In this document: piece by piece, positions 58,670 through 64,000 of the stretch
How positions within the stretch are numbered: the stretch's first letter is position 1
Layout of the letters: every line of letters starts with the position of its first letter
NCBI GenBank assembly: GCA_947478465.1
Contig: CANJWH010000007.1
Coordinates: 10,794 to 74,793, forward strand
Direction of reading: 5' to 3'
DNA length: 64,000 nucleotides
Source: Bacteroidota bacterium
GTDB lineage: Bacteria; Bacteroidota; Bacteroidia; SXHM01
Translations under genes and position numbers: made by a program
Notes under the pieces: generated by a model
Seen by the model: only the letters and a program-made list of their open reading frames with translations
Databases searched by the model: none
Told to the model about the DNA's origin: nothing

Positions 58670-59620
58670 TTATTTTATTTGGTTAGTTAATGCTTTATAG
58701 ATAGGATATATAAGTTGAATGAATTTCTTTTTTATTTCATGTAACCTATAATCAAGGTTGCCCTTAAATCCTACTAATTTCCAAGAATAATAATCATCTG
58801 CCGTATTATTAATTATTATTTTTTCAGGGTGTTTAATAATTCCTATGTCGTAGACAGGAATTTCTGCTAAAAACGAGTTCTTTTCAATAGTATGAGTTGC
58901 ATTTACTCCAAATCCAATGTTACTAATCAGATTTAAATTGGGTATAATACAAATTCCGTTATTTTTCCAAACAGAATACATCCATTGATAATCCCAGGTG
59001 CTGATTTCTCTAATAAAGGTTTTTGATAATTTTTCTAAGTTATAGTCAGCAATTGGCTTTAGATTGAAAATCGATTGATTTTTTCTGAAGCTTTCAAAAT
59101 CGTCCATATTGATAAGATATTTTCCCCATGCTCTTTTCCATGTTGCCCAACCCCATATTCCGGGGTAAACGGAGAAGTAGTAGGATGATGATCCTCGTTT
59201 AATTCCGTCCTGAAAATTTGCACCTCCGATATGCATGATTCTTTCATTATCCCTGTATTTCTCCAAAAGCGTTTGGCAAAAGGTGAAAAAATTTTGATTA
59301 GGTAAGCAATCATCTTCCAGAATTATTCCTTCTTCCACATTATTAAAAAACCAGGTAATTGCTGAACTTACCGCATCCCGGCATCCAAGGTTTTTATCAA
59401 GGAACATGGTTTTTACTTCGCAGTTCCAATCAATCTTTTTTAAAATGCTGCGCGCTTGTTCACATCGTTCTGCTTCGCCTTCTTTGTTTTCTCTTGGTCC
59501 GTCTGCAGCAATAAACAATTGCTTGGGTTCAGCCTTGCGTATTTCTTCAAATACCCTGAAGGTAACATCAGGCCGGTTAAAAATGAGAAAAAGCACAGGG
59601 GTTTTAAGACTACTACTCAC
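58670..59620 (-). CDS. hypothetical GT-A-like glycosyltransferase (HlpA-like nucleotide-sugar transferase fold)
   Basis: 316 aa; FLIFNRPDVTFRVFEEI..LFIAADGPRE...ILEDDCLP DXD-like motif. Confidence 0.4.
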   Translation of the reverse strand: MSSSLKTPVLFLIFNRPDVTFRVFEEIRKAEPKQLFIAADGPRENKEGEAERCEQARSILKKIDWNCEVKTMFLDKNLGCRDAVSSAITWFFNNVEEGIILEDDCLPNQNFFTFCQTLLEKYRDNERIMHIGGANFQDGIKRGSSSYYFSVYPGIWGWATWKRAWGKYLINMDDFESFRKNQSIFNLKPIADYNLEKLSKTFIREISTWDYQWMYSVWKNNGICIIPNLNLISNIGFGVNATHTIEKNSFLAEIPVYDIGIIKHPEKIIINNTADDYYSWKLVGFKGNLDYRLHEIKKKFIQLIYPIYKALTNQIK

Positions 59621-60474
59621 TTTATGGAATATAATTGACTGATTTCTGAATTGCTAAGTTTAATAAAATAATGAGGAAATAAAATTTTCAAAACCACAGG
59701 GTACAAATGCTCCACTTTTAATTTATAGGTAATTTTAAAAATGTTTGCTAAAGTAAATACATTTAGTCTTATAAATTTATAAGCATCTGAGTATTTTTTT
59801 TCGTTAAACTGTTCCAATATGGTTGCAATTTCCTGTTCACGTTTATCTCCTCCTGTTCCTGATTTGTGTGCATCATGTATTCTGTAAACCGATAAGGGAT
59901 TGTTTTCAAAAATAAAGTCAACTCCTGCTTTTTTAGCTCGCAGAAACCACTCCCAGTCAAAAACATAACTGAATTTAGTGTTTAAACGGCCTGTTTTATC
60001 CCATGCCTTACGTGTCCAGAATGTGCTGGGTTGTACTATGTAATCAACTATAGAAAGTTTTTGATTTTTATAGTTTTTTTGAATCTCGCTTGTTACAAAC
60101 AGATTTTCATTCTCCCGGTATCTGACTACATTGCCAAATATTAATTCTGCTTTAGCAGGATTGATTTTATTGCTGATTATTTCTAATGTTTTTTCTGCAA
60201 AATAATCATCTGAGTTCAGCCAGCAAAGAATATCACCCGTAGCTTTTTCAAAACCTTTATTTATGGCCTCTGCCTGTCCATTATCTTTTTCACTTACCCA
60301 ATAAGCAAGCCGGTGCTCATATTTTTTTATAATGTCAACAGAGCCATCTGTGCTTCCTCCGTCAATTATTATATACTCAAGGTTGGGGTAGTTTTGGTTT
60401 AAAACCGACAGAATAGTTTCTTCCAGATACTGAGCCTGATTATAGGATGGTGTAATTACAGAAATCTTCTTCAT
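59617..60474 (-). CDS. glycosyltransferase family 2
   Basis: 285 aa; ISVITPSYNQAQYLEETILSVLNQNYPNLEYIIIDGGSTDGS. Confidence 0.85.
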   Translation of the reverse strand: MKKISVITPSYNQAQYLEETILSVLNQNYPNLEYIIIDGGSTDGSVDIIKKYEHRLAYWVSEKDNGQAEAINKGFEKATGDILCWLNSDDYFAEKTLEIISNKINPAKAELIFGNVVRYRENENLFVTSEIQKNYKNQKLSIVDYIVQPSTFWTRKAWDKTGRLNTKFSYVFDWEWFLRAKKAGVDFIFENNPLSVYRIHDAHKSGTGGDKREQEIATILEQFNEKKYSDAYKFIRLNVFTLANIFKITYKLKVEHLYPVVLKILFPHYFIKLSNSEISQLYSIK

Positions 60475-60539
60475 TCAGTACTATTGAATAAACTCAGAGT
60501 GTAAAGATGAAATTTAGCTTACTCCGTAAAAAAAATAAA

Positions 60540-60588
60540 AAAGCAGCTACGCATTACTGCGTAACTGCTTTTTCGCTCTCAGCTCAAA
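60540..60588 (-). terminator. rho-independent terminator of the FN3-like hypothetical gene (minus strand)
   Basis: minus strand aaaagcagttacgcagtaatgcgtagctgc followed by ttttttatttttt. Confidence 0.7.
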
Positions 60589-60589
60589 C

Positions 60590-61255
60590 CTATCTTGTTC
60601 TTTCCTGAGCTATGTCACTCATTGCTCCGTATCCGAGGGGGCCAAGTGCCCTTACCCGAAACTGATAAATGTGACCACTGACGAGATTTGCCGCCAAAAA
60701 CCGGGATGCCGTAACGGATGCAAGATGTTTCCATTCTCCGTTTCCTGCAGTCGGTGTTGGCATTCCGGGAGTTATTCCCGTATTGCCGTCACCGGTGTAT
60801 CCCAGATCTTTATACTCAAGCTCATAAACTCTGGATGCATTGATACGATTCCAACTCAAATCTATTTCTCCTGCAGAAAGAGTGGCTATTGCCACCAGGT
60901 TCTGCACCTGAGTCATCTCGGTTTTTGGACCGCGCTGCTTCTTTATTTCGAAACCTGAACTTAAAATCATATCAGCATCTCCATTGCTTACGCTTTGAAT
61001 ATGGGCAGCAAGTTGTTTGATCAGTATCCTCAGCTCCTTAGCTCTCAGATTTCTGGCGATTATCAGATTGCGGTCAAAGGCACCTGCTGCTGTTATAGCA
61101 TTGCTCAGGGCGGTAATGGCCGCAAAAAAGGTCACCAGGTCTGGAATGGGGCCGGGGAAGTTTGCATTACCGGTCAGTTTACTATGAATAAGTATTGCTT
61201 TTTGAAGCAGCTTATCATAATTCTGTCCGGAAACTCCAATTTTTACAGTTGCCAT
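60590..61255 (-). CDS. hypothetical protein, alpha-helical N-terminal half plus C-terminal fibronectin type III-like domain; GC-richer than surroundings
   Basis: 221 aa; C-terminal EIDLSWNRINASRVYELEYKD...GHIYQFRVRALGPLGYG FN3 signature. Confidence 0.5.
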   Translation of the reverse strand: MATVKIGVSGQNYDKLLQKAILIHSKLTGNANFPGPIPDLVTFFAAITALSNAITAAGAFDRNLIIARNLRAKELRILIKQLAAHIQSVSNGDADMILSSGFEIKKQRGPKTEMTQVQNLVAIATLSAGEIDLSWNRINASRVYELEYKDLGYTGDGNTGITPGMPTPTAGNGEWKHLASVTASRFLAANLVSGHIYQFRVRALGPLGYGAMSDIAQERTR

Positions 61256-61257
61256 TT

Positions 61258-61383
61258 TTACTGGATATTAGTTGCCGGGTTGCGCCCGGTGTCGCCTTTC
61301 CCTGCCTTGTGCAGGGCTTCGTACGCATCATCCCAATCCTCGTGCCAATTATGTATGTACTTTGTTAAGATTTTGTTAAGCAT
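61258..61383 (-). CDS. small upstream ORF (41 aa; 46 aa from alternative ATG at 61398) ending 2 nt before the start codon of the FN3-like gene; may instead be the frameshifted true N-terminus
   Basis: Translation MLNKILTKYIHNWHEDWDDAYEALHKAGKGDTGRNPATNIQ*; GC-rich segment with two short hairpins (ccggg..cccgg, ccctgc..gcaggg). Confidence 0.3.
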   Translation of the reverse strand: MLNKILTKYIHNWHEDWDDAYEALHKAGKGDTGRNPATNIQ

Positions 61384-61796
61384 TTTACTTAGAAGCATAA
61401 TAGTTGGACAAAGACCTGTTACAGTAAAATAAAATTCTGCAAAATGATTCTAAAAAATGCAGCGTTAATTGTGTTTTTGCTTTTTATGATCATTCATTGC
61501 GATGTTTATAATGCAGAAAGCATTTTTACTGTTGATTATTTCCTGATTACTATCCGTGCAACACTTTTTAAAATTATGAATTAACGTTTTATGAATATGA
61601 AACGTTTTTTTTAAAATATACCAGCACGTTTTATTAGTATAAAAAGTGTTTTTGTAATAATAATTTTGCTTTTGCTGAAACAATGAAGTGGTTTTATAAT
61701 CATAAAATTGCGTTTAATTATCGCTATTGTCCTTTTTTATGATGTAGTATTTTAATGATTGAATAATCATTATGCCTGTAAATTAAATAGATTTGC

Positions 61797-62945
61797 GTGT
61801 TTTCATTCATGCTGATGCACATTCCATTTAATAAAGTCTACCTTACCGGTAAAGAAGAATCCTATGTAGCCAATGCGTTGAAGGGTGATAAATTAACTGG
61901 TGGCGGAAATCATACAGCATGGTGTAAAGAAAACCTGACCAAGCGGTATGGATTCGATAATCTCCACTTAACCACTTCGTGCACTGCTGCTCTTGAAACG
62001 GCTGCTTTACTGCTCAACCTGCAAGCAGGAGATGAAGTCATTATACCTTCTTATACTTTTGTTTCCACAGCCAACGCTTTTGCATTACGCGGAGCAAAAA
62101 TTGTTTTTGCCGATTCGGCTGCTGCTAATCCGAATATAGATGCTGATACTATTGAGCCATTAATTTCAAAACGCACTAAAGCTATTGTGCCTGTCCACTA
62201 CGGTGGTGTTGCCTGCGATATGAATAAAATTTCGGATCTGGCAAAAAAGCATAATTTTATGGTAGTGGAAGATGCGGCACATTCCATAGATGCATATTTC
62301 TATAACAGGCCACTGGGCTCGCTGGGTGATATGGCTGCCTTTTCGTTTCACGAAACCAAAAATATTACCTGCGGTGAGGGCGGAGCATTGTTAATGAATA
62401 ACCGGTTGTTTAATGAGCGTACAGAAATTATTTTGGATAAAGGAACCAATAGAAAAATTTTTGCCGAAGGCAAGACCGACAAATATGAATGGGTGGGATT
62501 AGGCTCGTCTTACCGCATGGCCGAAACATCTGCTGCATTTTTACGGGCGCAACTGGAAGAGCTGGATGGTATTCAGAAAATAAGAATGGAATTATGGAAC
62601 GCTTATTACAGTGCTTTAACTGATGCCGGACTGCAAGAGTTTTTTTCATTACCCGTATTGCCACATTATGCCAAACACAATGCATCTGTTTTTTATGTGG
62701 TTTGCAACTCGCGTGCACTAAGAGATAAGCTGATCAGCGGGCTGGCAGCAAAAGGTATTGCATCGGCATTTCATTATCAGCCTTTGCATAGCAGTCCTTT
62801 TTACAGTGCTATGCAACAAAAACCTGTAGTTTTGCCTAATTCCGAAAAATTCGGTAACTGTTTACTGCGTTTGCCTCTGCATGCCAACCTCAGTAAAGAT
62901 AATATTCATTATGTAACAGAACTGATTATAAAAATCCTGAACTAA
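61797..62945 (+). CDS. DegT/DnrJ/EryC1/StrS-family PLP-dependent sugar aminotransferase
   Basis: 382 aa; SCTAALETAALLL, IIPSYTFVSTANAF, FSFHETKNITCGEGGAL (PLP-lysine region). Confidence 0.85.
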   Translation: MFSFMLMHIPFNKVYLTGKEESYVANALKGDKLTGGGNHTAWCKENLTKRYGFDNLHLTTSCTAALETAALLLNLQAGDEVIIPSYTFVSTANAFALRGAKIVFADSAAANPNIDADTIEPLISKRTKAIVPVHYGGVACDMNKISDLAKKHNFMVVEDAAHSIDAYFYNRPLGSLGDMAAFSFHETKNITCGEGGALLMNNRLFNERTEIILDKGTNRKIFAEGKTDKYEWVGLGSSYRMAETSAAFLRAQLEELDGIQKIRMELWNAYYSALTDAGLQEFFSLPVLPHYAKHNASVFYVVCNSRALRDKLISGLAAKGIASAFHYQPLHSSPFYSAMQQKPVVLPNSEKFGNCLLRLPLHANLSKDNIHYVTELIIKILN

Positions 62946-62963
62946 TTTAATCCGCAATTACCT

Positions 62964-63611
62964 ATGATAAGCCTGTTGAAAGAAGTATTAAGACTGAATA
63001 AACGTTTTGTTTCAGAGCACTATGCTGCCGCAAAACTGAAAGAAAACACGGTGAAAAAAATTGACGCAATCACTGCACAGCGTAATGAAATTAACCTGGA
63101 AATAGGAGCAGGAGAGAAGAAAGGTAAAAACGGCTGGATTACCCTGGATATGTATGCCGGCTGCGATATTCAATGGGATTTGATAAACGGAATTCCATTT
63201 CCTGATAACAGTATCAGCAAAATTTATTCATCTCATCTGTTTGAACATTTAACATTTAAAGAAACTGCCGGACTGATGAAGGAATGTTTAAGAGTTTTGA
63301 AACCCGAAGGTCAGTTTTTGATTTGTGTACCCAACTCGCGATTATATATTGAGGCGTATATGAAAAATGATACTGATTTCAGAAAAGAGCATCCGTTTTT
63401 TCAACCGGCATGGAACAATACCACCAAGATGGATTTGATCAATTACATTGCCTATATGGACGGGCATCATAAATATATGTTTGATGAAGAGAACCTGCTT
63501 GCTGTGCTCGAAAAAAATGGTTTCAGAAATGCGAAATTCAGAAACTTTGACCCGGAAATTGATTTACTGTCAAGAGACCACGAGTCGCTTTATGCTGAAG
63601 GGGTAAAATAG
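62964..63611 (+). CDS. class I SAM-dependent methyltransferase (Methyltransf_11-like)
   Basis: 215 aa; LEIGAGEKKGKNGWITLD motif I, LRVLKPEGQFLICVP. Confidence 0.6.
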   Translation: MISLLKEVLRLNKRFVSEHYAAAKLKENTVKKIDAITAQRNEINLEIGAGEKKGKNGWITLDMYAGCDIQWDLINGIPFPDNSISKIYSSHLFEHLTFKETAGLMKECLRVLKPEGQFLICVPNSRLYIEAYMKNDTDFRKEHPFFQPAWNNTTKMDLINYIAYMDGHHKYMFDEENLLAVLEKNGFRNAKFRNFDPEIDLLSRDHESLYAEGVK

Positions 63612-63629
63612 ATTTTATTGTATGAGGGT

Positions 63630-63745
63630 GATGTCACTTCGAGCCTAGTCGAGAAGTGATTGTATATATTAGTTTGGTTTAGTTTTGTGTTCTCGACTAC
63701 GCTCGAACTGACAGATGGTGTGTCACTTCGAGCGTAGTCGAGAAG
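63630..63745. repeat. cluster of three REP-like units (forward, inverted, forward) TGTCACTTCGAGCGTAGTCGAGAAG
   Basis: gatgtcacttcgagcctagtcgagaag ... ttctcgactacgctcgaactgacag ... gtgtcacttcgagcgtagtcgagaag. Confidence 0.85.
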
Positions 63746-63747
63746 CT

Positions 63748-64000
63748 TCATTTCTTATCCTGTAGTGTATAGTTCGTTAAGTTCATGCAAGCGGCAAACT
63801 CCTTTAGCTTCTCCCAATTCTGTTCTATTATTGCTTCTTTCTTTTTCATTGACCAATCTTTAATCTGTTTCTCTCTTGCAATTGCCTGATTGTATTCACT
63901 GAAACTCTCATAGTAAACAAGTGTCAGAGGTCTTCGCGAAAAGGTGTATGCTTCTTTATCTGTTCCTTCATTATGATACCTCAATCGTGTCTCTATGTTG
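63748..64000 (-). CDS. GIY-YIG nuclease family protein (small standalone URI-domain protein), N-terminus beyond window end
   Basis: ...NIETRLRYHNEGTDKEAYTFSRRPLTLVYYESFSEYNQAIAREKQIKDWSMKKKEAII matches C-terminal half of GIY-YIG domain; frame stays open to position 64000. Confidence 0.75.
   Translation of the reverse strand, partial: NIETRLRYHNEGTDKEAYTFSRRPLTLVYYESFSEYNQAIAREKQIKDWSMKKKEAIIEQNWEKLKEFAACMNLTNYTLQDKK

Noticed and set aside
61465-61683. 72 aa minus-strand ORF and 60995-61432 (+) ORF near the FN3-like gene
   Set aside because: 61465-61683 is extremely AT-rich low-complexity sequence (N/K/Y/F runs). 60995-61432 is antisense to the FN3-like CDS. Neither has supporting features.

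Overview
This window is a chromosomal segment of a Bacteroidota (Bacteroidetes) genome. The evidence is several T9SS C-terminal sorting domains, a fused SecDF, a type III glutamine synthetase, a CarbD-type TonB-dependent receptor and frequent TTG/GTG starts. No rRNA, tRNA, CRISPR array or intact transposase or integrase was recognised.

- **0-24 kb, housekeeping:** tail of a biotinyl-domain protein, secDF, tatA, GS III, an OmpA-family protein, a PurM-like protein, ddl, an EVE-domain protein, a TonB-dependent receptor, an O-methyltransferase, two glycosyltransferases, ftsE, an NPP-type phosphodiesterase, a His/Cys-rich secreted hypothetical, an APC permease, an Omp85/BamA-like protein and trmH.
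- **24-29 kb, repeat-rich island:**
  - two tandem T9SS cargo paralogues share a near-identical ~200 bp CTD-coding 3' end;
  - each is preceded by a duplicated ~130-150 bp hairpin + CTTTGCG-repeat element;
  - a probable decayed third CTD relic follows;
  - then comes a ~500 bp compound tandem-repeat array (9 x 20 bp and 5 x ~61 bp, the 20-mer being derived from part of the 61-mer).
- **29-47 kb:** tonB, gpsA, a PlsB-like acyltransferase, a four-helix-bundle gene flanked by perfect 11 bp inverted repeats, a hotdog-fold protein, prfA, a PASTA protein, a T9SS cargo protein, rluD, a small 4-repeat protein, a 1179 aa outer-membrane beta-barrel, a PhoD-type phosphatase with a T9SS CTD, an LtaS-like sulfatase and rdgB.
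- **47-64 kb, AT-rich glycan locus:**
  - an ABC-transporter (Wzm/Wzt)-dependent, O-antigen-like locus carries gmd/fcl, three methyltransferases, an acetyltransferase, four or five glycosyltransferases and a DegT aminotransferase;
  - it contains a decayed inverted paralogue fragment;
  - it contains a GC-rich island with an FN3-like hypothetical gene and a tightly coupled upstream small ORF.

A family of ~25 bp REP-like palindromic units (TGTCACTTCGAGCGTAGTCGAGAAG) sits at four gene 3' ends. A 6 x 21 bp tandem array with a terminator-like hairpin lies upstream of the GS III gene.
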